Shown: one piece after another, positions 40,736 to 51,300 of the stretch
Numbering within the stretch: position 1 is the stretch's first letter
How the letters are laid out: every line of letters starts with the position of its first letter
DNA from: Pedosphaera sp.
GTDB taxonomy: Bacteria > Verrucomicrobiota > Verrucomicrobiia > Limisphaerales > SIBH01
Assembly (NCBI GenBank): GCA_031414955.1
Contig: JANOQV010000210.1
Location: forward strand, 1-64,000
DNA length: 64,000 nucleotides
Direction: 5' to 3'
The notes under the pieces: model-generated
Database searches by the model: none
What the model saw: the letters and a program-made list of their open reading frames with translations, nothing else
Told to the model about the DNA's origin: nothing
Made by a program: the position numbers and the translations under genes

Positions 40736-40831
40736 CGTCGAGCGCGTGGAGATTGCGCCCACGCTCCGTTCGTGGCGGTGGGAAACATCCTTCCCTTGTC
40801 TCTCCGCGCGTGCCGCGTACTCTGCCCGCAA

Positions 40832-42094
40832 GTGTATCACGTCACCCGATTGCCCAATGGTCTGTCCGTCGCCACCGCCGAGATGCCGCAGATGGCCAGC
40901 GTGGCCGTGGGTCTGTGGGTCGGCGTGGGCAGCCGCTACGAGGAGAAGTCCGTCTCGGGTGTGGCCCATTTCATCGAGCATCTGCTCTTCAAGGGCACGC
41001 CCCGACGCAGCGCGCGGGAAATCTCCGAGGCCGTCGAGGGCGTGGGCGGCTACATCAACGCCTTTACCACCGAAGAGCTGACCTGCTTTCACGCCCGCGC
41101 CCATCGGAAGCATTTTGACCGGCTGCTTGAGGTGCTCTGCGATCTACTGCTCCATTCGAAGTTCACCTCCGCCGACATCGCCCGCGAACGGGACGTGATC
41201 AAAGAGGAGATCGCCATGTATCGTGACCAGCCCAGCCAGTGGGTGCAGGACCTCCTGCACGAAGCACTCTGGCCCGGTCAGCCGTTAGGTCGTCCGTTGA
41301 CTGGCACCGAAAAGTCGCTCGATGGAGTCCGCCGCGCCGAGATGCTGAAATTCTTCGGCACCAATTACCTGGCCGAGAACACGTTGCTCGTCGTGGCGGG
41401 GCCAGTCACGCATCGGGAGGTCTGCCGCGCCTTCGCGCGTTACGCCGGGAAGTTCCGCGCGGGGAAAAAGCCCGCCTTCGTGCCGGCGCAGAGCCATCAG
41501 ACCCGGCCCGTCATCCGGCTGCACGTCAAGAAGACCGAGCAGGCCCAGCTCGCGCTTGGCATTCGCGCCTGTTCGCGGCACGACGAACGCCGCCACGCCC
41601 TGCGCGTGCTCAATGCCATGCTCGGCGAGAGCATGAGCTCGCGACTGTTTCAATTACTCCGCGAAGACCAGGGGCTGGCCTACTCCGTTTACAGCTCCTG
41701 GGCCGGCATGGAGGATGCCGGTGCCCTCACCATCGCCGTCGGTCTCGACGCCGATGATGTGCCACAAGCTCTCCGTCTGACCCTCCGCGAGATGCGCCGG
41801 CTCGTGGCCCAGCCTTTGAGTCGCACGGAATTGCGCCGCACTCAGGACTACCTGATTGGCCAGATGGAACTGCAACTCGAGAGCACTGAGAACCAGATGA
41901 ACTGGGTGGGCGAATGCCTCTTCGGTTACGGCAAGATAGTTCCGCCCGCCGAGGCGCGGGACCGCGTCGCCGCCGTCACCGCCGCCGAGGTGCGCGCGGT
42001 GGCAAGCGATTTCTTCCGGCCCGAAAGGTTGACCCTCGCGCTGGTTTCGACCTTGGACAAACCTGGAGCCTTGGAGAAGCTCCTCCGCTGGTAA
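40832..42094 (+). CDS. M16 family (pitrilysin-like) zinc peptidase
   Basis: LPNGL, GSRYE, HFIEHLLFKGT (HxxEH), NAFT, SSRLFQ. GTG start 8 nt after a -10 box. Confidence 0.93.
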   Translation: MYHVTRLPNGLSVATAEMPQMASVAVGLWVGVGSRYEEKSVSGVAHFIEHLLFKGTPRRSAREISEAVEGVGGYINAFTTEELTCFHARAHRKHFDRLLEVLCDLLLHSKFTSADIARERDVIKEEIAMYRDQPSQWVQDLLHEALWPGQPLGRPLTGTEKSLDGVRRAEMLKFFGTNYLAENTLLVVAGPVTHREVCRAFARYAGKFRAGKKPAFVPAQSHQTRPVIRLHVKKTEQAQLALGIRACSRHDERRHALRVLNAMLGESMSSRLFQLLREDQGLAYSVYSSWAGMEDAGALTIAVGLDADDVPQALRLTLREMRRLVAQPLSRTELRRTQDYLIGQMELQLESTENQMNWVGECLFGYGKIVPPAEARDRVAAVTAAEVRAVASDFFRPERLTLALVSTLDKPGALEKLLRW

Positions 42095-43539
42095 TGCATC
42101 CCTGCCTCCAGGAAATCAGCACCGCGCACACGCCCGAGACCCTCGTCGAACGGTTGCGGGGCGAGCCGGGCGTAATGCTCCTGCGCACCCGTGCGCTCGA
42201 CCAGCCCGATGCGCGCTACTCCTTTGTGGTCGCCCGCCCCTTCCTTCGCTTTCGCTCCTCCGGCTCGCGCTGCGAATTGCGCTCGGCCGACGGCACCCAC
42301 GAGCAGTTCGGCAATCCCTGGCACCTGCTCGACGCGCTCATGTCGCGCTACGAACTGCTCGACGAGGTGGACCTGCCGTTCCCGCTCGGCGGCTGCTTCG
42401 GCTATTGGGGCTACGACTTGAAAAACTTCGTCGAGCCAAAACTCACGCGACGGGCGGTTCCTGACCTGGAGTTGCCCGATTGCTGCGTGGGTTTCTATGC
42501 GAACGTCGTGGTCTTCGACCATCGCCTGGACAAAGCCTGGATCGTCTCGACCGGCCTCGACCTGGACGGTTCCCGCCATGAGCAACGTGCCCGCGCCGGC
42601 CTCGACTACTGGCGCGAAAAACTGCAAACCCAAATTGACGCCCGCCCGCCGTCCCCCCTGGAGCGCGCCGAGTCCCCCGCCCCGCCCGCCCTCGCCTCCA
42701 ATCTCACCCGCGCGCAATTTCTCGCCGCCGTCGCGCGGGCGCAAAACTACATCCAGCACGGTCACATTTATCAGGTGAATCTTTCCCACCGGCTCTCCGG
42801 GGCCACGGACATGAGTGGTTGGCAGATGTTTGGACGCCTGTCCGAAATTTCCCCCGCGCCGTTCTCGGCCTACCTCGACTGCGGGGACTTCCAGCTCGCC
42901 TCCTCCTCGCCCGAACTGTTTCTCCACCTGAGTGGCCGGCACATCGTCACCCGCCCCATCAAAGGCACTCGCCCCCGCTCCGCCGATCCCATGCGCGACG
43001 CCCAGCTCACTTACGAATTGCAAACCAGCGCCAAGGAAATGTCCGAGTTGGTCATGATTACTGATCTCTTGCGCAACGACCTCGGCCGCGTCTGCGAGTT
43101 CGGCACCGTGCAGGTGCCCGAACTCGTCCGCCTCGAACGCTATGCCCAAGTGCAGCACCTCGTCTCCACCGTCGAGGGCCAGTTGCGCCCGAGTGTCAGC
43201 CACTTCGCTGCCTTCGCCTCGTGCTTCCCCGGCGGCAGCATCACTGGCGCCCCCAAGTTCCGCGCCATGGACATCATCGACGAACTCGAACCACTCGCGC
43301 GCGGCCCTTACACCGGCGCGCTCGGCTACCTCGGCTTCAACCGAGAATCCCAACTCAGCATCATCATCCGCACCGCCATGGCCAAGGCCGGCCTGGTCCA
43401 CTTCAACGTCGGCGCCGGCATCGTCGCTGATTCACGACCCGAGGCGGAGTATGAGGAAACCATGGCCAAGGCCGGCGGCTTCATCGCCGCCCTCGGACTC
43501 CCCGCCATCCACCCGAGCGGGTGGCACATCCTCCCGTAG
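42094..43539 (+). CDS. pabB: Aminodeoxychorismate synthase component I
   Basis: YQVNLS, SSSPELFL, RPIKGTRP, MITDLLRNDLG, FPGGSITGAPK. Confidence 0.88.
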   Translation: MHPCLQEISTAHTPETLVERLRGEPGVMLLRTRALDQPDARYSFVVARPFLRFRSSGSRCELRSADGTHEQFGNPWHLLDALMSRYELLDEVDLPFPLGGCFGYWGYDLKNFVEPKLTRRAVPDLELPDCCVGFYANVVVFDHRLDKAWIVSTGLDLDGSRHEQRARAGLDYWREKLQTQIDARPPSPLERAESPAPPALASNLTRAQFLAAVARAQNYIQHGHIYQVNLSHRLSGATDMSGWQMFGRLSEISPAPFSAYLDCGDFQLASSSPELFLHLSGRHIVTRPIKGTRPRSADPMRDAQLTYELQTSAKEMSELVMITDLLRNDLGRVCEFGTVQVPELVRLERYAQVQHLVSTVEGQLRPSVSHFAAFASCFPGGSITGAPKFRAMDIIDELEPLARGPYTGALGYLGFNRESQLSIIIRTAMAKAGLVHFNVGAGIVADSRPEAEYEETMAKAGGFIAALGLPAIHPSGWHILP

Positions 43540-43627
43540 CTTTCCTCCGGCCAGGTGGAAGTTGGGGATGGCGTGGGGAACGCATCTGGCAGAGGCGCCC
43601 GACCAGCAACCTCCATCAATTCCCCAT

Positions 43628-43669
43628 TTGACAAGCATCCCTCAACTGTCCTAGTGTCACAGGACAGTT
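43628..43669 (+). promoter_or_regulatory. Promoter overlapped by a palindromic YtrA/GntR-type operator
   Basis: TTGACA (43628)-N18-TAGTGT; perfect 9-bp inverted repeat AACTGTCCT-N8-AGGACAGTT (43644-43669). Confidence 0.8.
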
Positions 43670-43676
43670 ACCGAAT

Positions 43677-44081
43677 ATGGTTTTCCAGATTGATTTCAAG
43701 ACGGGCAAGCCAGTTTACCTGCAACTGGTGGATCAAATCCGTTACGCCGCCGCGTCGGGCGCGGTGCGACCCGGTGAACCGTTGCCGTCCATCCGCCCGT
43801 TGGCCGAGGAACTGCGTGTCAACCGCAACACCGTGGCCAAGGCTTACGCCGAGTTGGAAAGCCAGGGCATCATCGAGACCATTCCGGGCAAGGGCTGCTT
43901 CCTGAAGGAGAACCACTCGCCATTCACCAAGCGCGTCCGGGACCAGTTGCTGGTCAAGGAAGTGGATGAAGCCGTCGTCACCGCACACCACCTACAGGTG
44001 GATCGCGCGGACTTCATCGCCCTGGTGAAGGAGCGGCTGGATTATTTCGAGCGCAAGGTGGCCGGCAAGGAGGGCAAATGA
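43677..44081 (+). CDS. GntR-family (YtrA subfamily) transcriptional regulator
   Basis: PVYLQLVDQI, LPSIRPLAEELRVNRNTVAKAY, GKGCF. Confidence 0.95.
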   Translation: MVFQIDFKTGKPVYLQLVDQIRYAAASGAVRPGEPLPSIRPLAEELRVNRNTVAKAYAELESQGIIETIPGKGCFLKENHSPFTKRVRDQLLVKEVDEAVVTAHHLQVDRADFIALVKERLDYFERKVAGKEGK

Positions 44082-44294
44082 ACTTTCGACGTGGATGCGC
44101 TCATGGTTCCCCTCTCCCCTCAACGGGGAGAGGAAGGCCCGCGTCCAGACCACGCAGCACCAAGCCGATGCGCCCGCCGCGCCCAGAGCGCCAGGTGGCA
44201 GCGGTCGCGCTGCGACCGCAGTTCCGTTCTCACTCGCCTCGCAGCGCGAGGCTTTCCACCTTCACATCTGCGCCCGCGCACAACTCAAACACCT

Positions 44295-45203
44295 ATGAGC
44301 AACTCGACTCCCGTCATCGAAATTAAAAACCTCACGCGTCGCTACGGCAAGACCGACGCCGTGAATGGCCTGAACCTCACCGTGCAGCCCGGCCGTTGCT
44401 ACGGCTTCTTCGGACGCAACGGTGCGGGCAAGACCACCACCATCAAATGCCTGCTCAATCTGCTGCGGCCCACGGACGGCAGCGTGCGCGTGTTCGGACT
44501 TGATCCGCAGAAGGATGAAGTGGCCGTAAAATCGCGACTCGCCTACGTGCCGGATGCGGTGGCGTTCTACCCGTGGATGACCGTGCGCGAGACGCTGGAA
44601 TATCTGGCCTCGTTCCGCACGCACTGGAACCGCGACCTCGAAGCCAACTTGCTGAAGCGCTTCCAACTCGACGCCAGCAAGAAGACGAGCGCCCTCTCCA
44701 AAGGCCAGCGCACGCAACTCGCTCTCATCGGCGCCATCTCTCCTGAACCAGAACTGCTGCTGCTTGATGAGCCGACTTCCGGCCTCGACCCGATTGTGCG
44801 ACGCGAGTTCATCGAGACGGTCATTGGCGCTTATCAATCCGGCGACCCGACGAAGCGCACCGTGTTTGTCTCCACGCATCTCATCTCCGAGTTCGAGGGT
44901 TTGATTGATGAATTCACCATCATCGAGGAAGGGCGCAACCTGCTGACCATGTCGGCGGATGCGGCCCGCGAGCGGTTCCAGAAGATTCGAGCGCGCTTCG
45001 CCCAGCCACCACCGGTTCTCGACCTCGCGGGCGCTCTACACGTCCGCCAGTCCGGCCGTGAGCTGGAAGTGCTGGCCAACGGCGCGAGCGACCAACTGCT
45101 CGCCGTCATCACCGCCGCACAGCCTGAAGAAATCCGCCGCGAATCTCTCTCGCTGGAAGAAATTTTTGTGCAGTCCAAACTTCTGGTGAAGGTCGCCGCA
45201 TGA
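44295..45203 (+). CDS. ABC transporter ATP-binding protein (YtrB-like)
   Basis: GRNGAGKTT, LSKGQ, LLLDEPTSGLDP, STH. Confidence 0.95.
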   Translation: MSNSTPVIEIKNLTRRYGKTDAVNGLNLTVQPGRCYGFFGRNGAGKTTTIKCLLNLLRPTDGSVRVFGLDPQKDEVAVKSRLAYVPDAVAFYPWMTVRETLEYLASFRTHWNRDLEANLLKRFQLDASKKTSALSKGQRTQLALIGAISPEPELLLLDEPTSGLDPIVRREFIETVIGAYQSGDPTKRTVFVSTHLISEFEGLIDEFTIIEEGRNLLTMSADAARERFQKIRARFAQPPPVLDLAGALHVRQSGRELEVLANGASDQLLAVITAAQPEEIRRESLSLEEIFVQSKLLVKVAA

Positions 45204-47944
45204 ATGCATTCATCCGAAAAGAGGTTCGGCTGCAAGGCCCGACGTTCGCCATCGGTGCCGTCGCGACCTTGCTGCTGTGGCTCTCGCCGAACAATCCCAG
45301 CGCGGCCTACGCCAACTCGAACGTCTGGTGGGCGCAACTCAGTCTGTCACTGTCGTTGCTCAGCGCGCCGATCATTGGCCTGATGCTGGCCCTGAACTCG
45401 TTCGGCCGGGAGTTCAGCGGCGGCACGTTCTCCTCGCTGCTCGCCCAACCCGTGCCAAGGTCGCGCGTCTGGTGGACGAAGGTGGCCATCCTGGCCTCCG
45501 CGCTTGCCATCCTGCTCGTGCTGTGGGTCGGCTCATTCAAACTTCACTTCCGGGAAGTCCTGGCCCGACCGGACGCGGGCGACATTCCGCTGGCCATGAC
45601 CGCCATCCTGTTCACCGTCGTCGTTTTCTCCGGCGGACTGTGGACGGTGCTGTTCTTCCGGCAGGTCGCGGCGGCGTTCTGGTTCACGCTCCTGATTCCA
45701 GGATTCCTGCTCGCGATGGTGAACCACAAATTCTCCGATGACACGCTGGCGGATTTGCCGCAGCCGAAGCTCCGTCTCGCCATCGCCATCGCGCTTTCGC
45801 TCTACAGCGTCGCGGGCTTTCTCTTTGCCCGCTGGCTTTTCCTGCGCGCCCAGGACGCGCATTGGAGCGGTGGCACCATCGCCCTGCCCTGGACACGCCA
45901 GCCAGCACTGCGCCTCTTCTCCCAGCGCGACCACCGGCGGTGGCGTCCGCGCGCGGCGCTGTGGTTCAAGGAATTCGGATTGCACCGGTCGCAGTTGGTG
46001 GTGGCAGGTGTGCTGGCGGGGCTGCATCTGGCCGTCGTCATCGCGCGGTATTTGAACCACGGCTTCAAAAGCTCTCCGACGACGGAATTCCTCGCCGAAC
46101 ATTTCTGGGCGCTGTGGGTTTGCCTGCCCTGGCTGGTCGGCTGCGCGGCGGTGGCCGAGGAGCGCAAGCTGGGCACGCTCGAAGCGCACCTCTGCCAGCC
46201 AGCGCGTCGGCGGACGCAGTTTGCCATCAAGCTCGCGAGCACGATGCTCATTGCCGTGCTGCTCGGTGCGGTCATGCCACTCCTGCTGGAGCGACGGGAA
46301 ATTCTGCCCGACATGCACATCAACAAACCGGGCAACTTCGCCTTCGCCACGCCGGGTGGCGAGATCATCACGCTGGCGGGTTTATTCTGGTGGTTCGATT
46401 GGTCGCTCCCCTTCCTCACGCTCACGGCCATCGCCGTTGCTACAGCTTCGATGTCTTTCTACGTCTCGACCTTCTCGCGCAACACCTTGCAGGCCATCGC
46501 TCCGGCCACGCTGGCGATTCTGGCCTTCTACATTTGGTGGTTCGCCGCGCCGCGTTTAGACGACAACCCGATCTGGCATGGCTGGCTCATCCACTACGTG
46601 GGCGTGCCGGTGCTCCTGCCGGCCCTGCTCGGGCTGGCGTATTGGAACTTCAAACAGATTTGCGCCGGCTGGCCGCTCTGGCGGCGCAACCTGATCGTGC
46701 TCGGCGGCGCGTTCGCTTTCATGCTGCTCGCCACAGGGCTGATCTATCACCGCACCTGGGAATGGCTGACGCCGATGGAGCCGAAGCACGGCCCGGCCTT
46801 CCTCAAGCCAGGCGGCAGAAACACACTCTCTTCCGCCGGCCTAGGCTTTCAGGTGCGGCTGCCCGACGGGCACATTTGGATCAACCGCACACCTCCGTTC
46901 GCCTTCATCGAACCATCCCAACTCCCCGGCGTGGAACCATGGCTGGAACAGCGGCGGCGCGGCGAAATCATTGAGGACACCAACTGGCTGGCTTTCGCCG
47001 CCAACTACCACGAGATGCTCGGCATCAAAACGGACGGCAGCCTCTGGATCACCGAGACGCCGCTCACCTGGACCAACAACTGGTGGCGACAACCGCTGCC
47101 GGGGCCGGCCCGGTTCGTTCGAATCGGCCAGGACAATGATTGGAGTGGCATGGCGATTAACGGCCCGCTGGCCTACCTACTCAAAACCAACGGCACGCTT
47201 TGGCGGTTGGGCACGAATCCCCCCATCGTCGGCAAACGCTGGCTACCGTTGCGCGACGCACTGCCGACACAGCTTGGCACCAACACCGACTGGGCGCGAA
47301 TTTTCATCGCCCGAGGGGCCATGATTTTCCAGAAAGTTGACGGCACCTCCTGGTCCAGCATGATCCACTTTGCCACCGAGAAGGAGCAGATTATCATGAT
47401 CCATTTGGACTCACAGATGAATCTGTTTCGCGCGAGCGCCTTCGACGCCCATCGTGGGGAACTCCCCATTGAGACTCACTGGGAGCACGGAAACTTCTTT
47501 GTCTCGGTTCTTGATGACGGCCAGTTCGTCCTCAGCGCTGCGCGGGAGCAGAGTCGCGCGCAGAACCCACCGACCTACGCGCTGGTGCCCAAGCGCATCC
47601 CGTTGAGCCGGGAGACGAACTGGATCAGCGCCACGGCCTATCCGCGCGGGGGTGTGCTGACGCTGAAATCCGATGGCACGATCTGGAAATGGAACTTTCC
47701 TCGAGATCCGGTGAAACACCCCGAATCGGCCTCGGCGAGTCGCGTGGGAAAGCATTCCGACTGGATTGCGCTGGGCGACTGCAACGGTTTGCCCGTGACA
47801 TTGGCCGCAGACGGCAGCTTTTGGACCTGGCAGTTCCCGGCGAATATCAGGAAAGAGCCAAAGCTGTTCCCACCCGAAATCGCTCCGACTCGAAAACCGT
47901 TTCACATCGGCCAAATCCCACGGCCTGGCACCGGCGGGAAATGA
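45200..47944 (+). CDS. ABC-2-type permease (two membrane halves) fused to a C-terminal RCC1-like beta-propeller
   Basis: Two EFS/EER..GT....L.QP motifs with TM runs. C-terminal repeats IKTDGSLW, LKTNGTLW, LKSDGTIW, LAADGSFW with IG.DNDW-type linkers. Confidence 0.8.
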   Translation: MNAFIRKEVRLQGPTFAIGAVATLLLWLSPNNPSAAYANSNVWWAQLSLSLSLLSAPIIGLMLALNSFGREFSGGTFSSLLAQPVPRSRVWWTKVAILASALAILLVLWVGSFKLHFREVLARPDAGDIPLAMTAILFTVVVFSGGLWTVLFFRQVAAAFWFTLLIPGFLLAMVNHKFSDDTLADLPQPKLRLAIAIALSLYSVAGFLFARWLFLRAQDAHWSGGTIALPWTRQPALRLFSQRDHRRWRPRAALWFKEFGLHRSQLVVAGVLAGLHLAVVIARYLNHGFKSSPTTEFLAEHFWALWVCLPWLVGCAAVAEERKLGTLEAHLCQPARRRTQFAIKLASTMLIAVLLGAVMPLLLERREILPDMHINKPGNFAFATPGGEIITLAGLFWWFDWSLPFLTLTAIAVATASMSFYVSTFSRNTLQAIAPATLAILAFYIWWFAAPRLDDNPIWHGWLIHYVGVPVLLPALLGLAYWNFKQICAGWPLWRRNLIVLGGAFAFMLLATGLIYHRTWEWLTPMEPKHGPAFLKPGGRNTLSSAGLGFQVRLPDGHIWINRTPPFAFIEPSQLPGVEPWLEQRRRGEIIEDTNWLAFAANYHEMLGIKTDGSLWITETPLTWTNNWWRQPLPGPARFVRIGQDNDWSGMAINGPLAYLLKTNGTLWRLGTNPPIVGKRWLPLRDALPTQLGTNTDWARIFIARGAMIFQKVDGTSWSSMIHFATEKEQIIMIHLDSQMNLFRASAFDAHRGELPIETHWEHGNFFVSVLDDGQFVLSAAREQSRAQNPPTYALVPKRIPLSRETNWISATAYPRGGVLTLKSDGTIWKWNFPRDPVKHPESASASRVGKHSDWIALGDCNGLPVTLAADGSFWTWQFPANIRKEPKLFPPEIAPTRKPFHIGQIPRPGTGGK

Positions 47945-48012
47945 TCGCAGTGGCGGGTGGTCAGTAACGCCAACCGCTGGTGAAATTGCGCGGAACGAAC
48001 CGCGAACGCGCC

Positions 48013-48275
48013 TTCCCCCTCACCCCGGCCCTCTCCCGCTGGGAGAGGGGGAATCGCACCAACGTCCATCGTGAACAATGCGCTTTCAATTCGGAGGCGG
48101 ACTGACTTGCTCGCTTTCCCCTGGGGAGAGATTCCACGAGCTGCCAAGGCTCGCGATTTGTTCCCCCGAACCGGGCGTAGCGCCGGCGTCCTCGCCGGCT
48201 TTGCGCGTGCAGATACCCAAAGCCGGCGAGGCCGCCGGCGCTCCGGTTCATGGGCAGGGCCGGGGTGAGGGGGAA
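48013..48275. repeat. Nested palindromic repeat element
   Basis: Outer IR TTCCCCCTCACCCCGGCCCT / AGGGCCGGGGTGAGGGGGAA, a CCCTCTCCC..GGGAGAGGG hairpin, and inner IR GCGCCGGCGTCCTCGCCGGCT / AGCCGGCGAGGCCGCCGGCGC. Related CCCTCTC motifs lie at about 1838-1864 and 44108-44133. Confidence 0.85.
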
Positions 48276-48315
48276 CGGGACGCGCTGACTTCAGGGGCAC
48301 GGAATCTCCAACCAC

Positions 48316-51300
48316 TCAATGCGTCGGTGCCTTCAACACCGTCCAAACGCGCAAGGCTTCCGTCGCGCTCCACGCCTGGGCGTCGCAACCGCGCGGCGTG
48401 TGCGGGGCGTCGCCGTCGAAAATCTCCGCGATGTGTCCGGCGCAGCCGGTGTGCATCAGGTCACGCATACTGCCGAGGTAGGCCCGCGCTGCATCGACCG
48501 CCGCTGGATCGGATTCCCACGCGCGCACCAGTGCCTCGCAGAAGGATGGGAACGTCCAGGCCCACGCGGTGCCATTGTGGTAGGCGGGCTTGCGCCGCGT
48601 GTCCTCGTCGCCCTCGTAGCGCGACCAGTATGGATGCGAGGGATCGTTCAACAGCCCGCCTTGGTTTCCATAAACCGGCGCGGGCGGCGTAACGGGCAGC
48701 GGCGCGAGCGAGCGCAGCGCACCGGGCACGACGAGATAGCGATGAACGGCGGCGACGGTGCGACGGGCGCGCTCGCCGGCCAGCAAGCCAAGGCTGATGG
48801 GGATGAGACAATTGCTCCGCAACGCGTCGCTGCGTTCGGCGAACTTTGCGGGCAGACCAGCGCGGGCGTTCAGCACATCCGCGAACCAGCCATGCTCCTC
48901 GATCCAGAACAGTTCGTGGAGCGAGGCTTCGGCGCGAGCGGCCAGTTGTTCCCACGGCTCGGTTTCCGGAGCCGCGCCGAGCCGGTGCAGTTGTTTGAGC
49001 AGCCGAATCCAGAGCGCCTGAATCTCGATGGGATAACCCTCGCGTGGCGTGCCGGCGGGATAGTTCGTGTCCATCCAGGTGAAGTGGCTCGGGCTCCAGA
49101 TGAGCGCCGAGGCCGGGTCCATGCGAATACCGTTGGGCGTGCCCCGGATGTAATTCACCGCGATGGATCGGAGCACGTCGGCAATGGTGCGCGTAGCCGA
49201 CGAGGTGACGAGGCGGGTCGAAAGAAAAGATTCCCGCCCAGGTGGATGCGCTTGCGCTGCGAGCGCATGGCCTCGCAGCGCGAGTCCATCCACCTCGGCC
49301 GCGGCCAGTTCCTCACAGGCTACGCCGAACCAGAGCGGCGCGTCGCTCGTGTCGCGGTTCGAGGCGTTCGCACCGTGAATCGTGTTGGGCAGCGTGCCGT
49401 TCTCCTCGAAGCGCGCGAAGGTCACGAGCAGATCGCGCACGTCGTCGAACATTCCCGCCGCGATCAAGCCGCGAGCGCAGATGAGCGAGTCGCGGCCCCA
49501 GTCGAGGAACCACGGGTAGCCTGCGATCACGGTCTTGCCCTCGCCGCGTCGCACGACGAACGCCTTCACCGCACGCAGCAAGGCTTCATAGAAGCGGCCG
49601 CCACCGACCGCTTCGGTCTTCAGTTCAAGAGTCGGAGGCCACGGCGCGGCTTCGGCCTCGTTCAATTCGGCGCTGACGACGAGTGTGGCCGCGTCGCCGC
49701 GCGCCAGCGAAATCTCGAACCAGCCGGGGCTGAAAGCATCACCCGACGCCGTTTGCCCGCGCGTGGCCTCGACCGGATGGGGAATGCCGACGCTCCACTC
49801 CACGCCTTCGTGGTAGCAGCCCTGGTCGGTGAAGACGCGAAGCTGGCGATCCGGCGTGGGCGTGAAGGCGAATCCCATTTCCGCTTTCTGCTTTCCGCTT
49901 TCTGTTTTTCCCAAAGCCCGCGTGTTGCTGGCGAAGTGATGTTCCGCGGCCCCGTTGCGCTGCGTCTCGCTGTGGAAACTCCGGTCCTCAATGTCCACGC
50001 GCACGGTCAGGCTGACGCGGGCTTCAGGCGGCAGGTCATTCCCAAACGGCACCGAACGCGATGGGCGATGGAAGCGCAGCACGGTGGTGTTCTGGTCCGG
50101 CACCATCTCGGCCGTGACCGAGATCTCCACCGCACGGCCATCGCCGGCGCTGGCGAGAAAAGTCCAGCGGGCGGGCGGGCCGGGCTGGAACGCGGTCAAA
50201 TTCTCGGTGTTGAGGGGCGTGACAAATCCATCGGCCACAATCCAAAGGCGCGCGCGCTTGGCCAAGACATGGCGATCCACGGGCAACTGGTCGTCGAGGT
50301 TCGCGGCCAGCAGGCAGTCGTACTTGGAGGTGATGTTGCCAAAGTCCACCGGCAGCCGAGCCATGCCGCCGCGGCCGTTGGTCAGCAGCGCGATTTGCGG
50401 GCAGGTTTGGGCGGGCGACAACTGGCCGGGTTTTGCGCTGCCATCCAGAAAGCGGATTTTGGCCTCGGCTCGTTGGTCTTGCTCTGCGTATCGCTCCAGA
50501 CGCAGCGTGGCGTAGATTCCTTGCTCGACCCGAGACGGTGGGAAGAAGGCGACATGCCCGGCCCGCACTTCGATGGATTGAACATGCATCTCCGGCTCTC
50601 CAGGCCGACCGAGCGCGGCGCGAAAAGGCGCAGTGTCGTGAAGCAACAGCCAGTGACGCGGCGGCACCAGCGTCACGCGCTGGCGATCGAGTAGTTCCCA
50701 GGTGACGACGCTGGGGAACCGCTTGAGGTCCATGGCCGTGAGCAGCGCGGAGAGAAAATCACCTCGGGCACTCACCGGGTCGAGATGCTGGAGAGCGCCG
50801 AGGAGCAGGCGCGGATCACGATCCACCCAACTGGCCAGCACCCGCCAGTCAAACGCACCGATGTCCTCGGCCGGCATGATCTCCGCAGCAGCCTTGATCG
50901 CCCAACCGGCCTGGGCCCGGGCGCGGCGATACAGCAAGCCGTGCGACGATCCGGGGGGAGCCGTGGTGCCGAAGCGTTGGAGCACCGGCGGCAGCCCGGC
51001 AGCCCCGGCCCCGGGCCACATGGGTCTCACCGCGTCCCCTCCTTCCGACTTGATGGCGAGGCAAAAGGCGGCGGCGGGCGGAAGGCCCATTTCAATTTTG
51101 CCGTGCTTGAACTCCGGGTCCGGCAACGATTGGCCGAGCAAATCGATGAGCAAAGCAGGATTAAACGCCGCTGGGCCGGCAGGAGTCAGACCCAGCAAAG
51201 CGGCGTCAAACCGCGCGAGTTGTGGGTGCGCGGCATCGTTGTTCACGACCACCAGCACGCGCCTCCCGCCATCGGCGGACTCGCGCAGCAGGGCAAAGAC

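Noticed and set aside
44078..44326. 82-aa ORF overlapping the GntR stop
   Set aside because: It runs through a palindromic repeat and has low-information sequence; more likely a by-product of the insertion.
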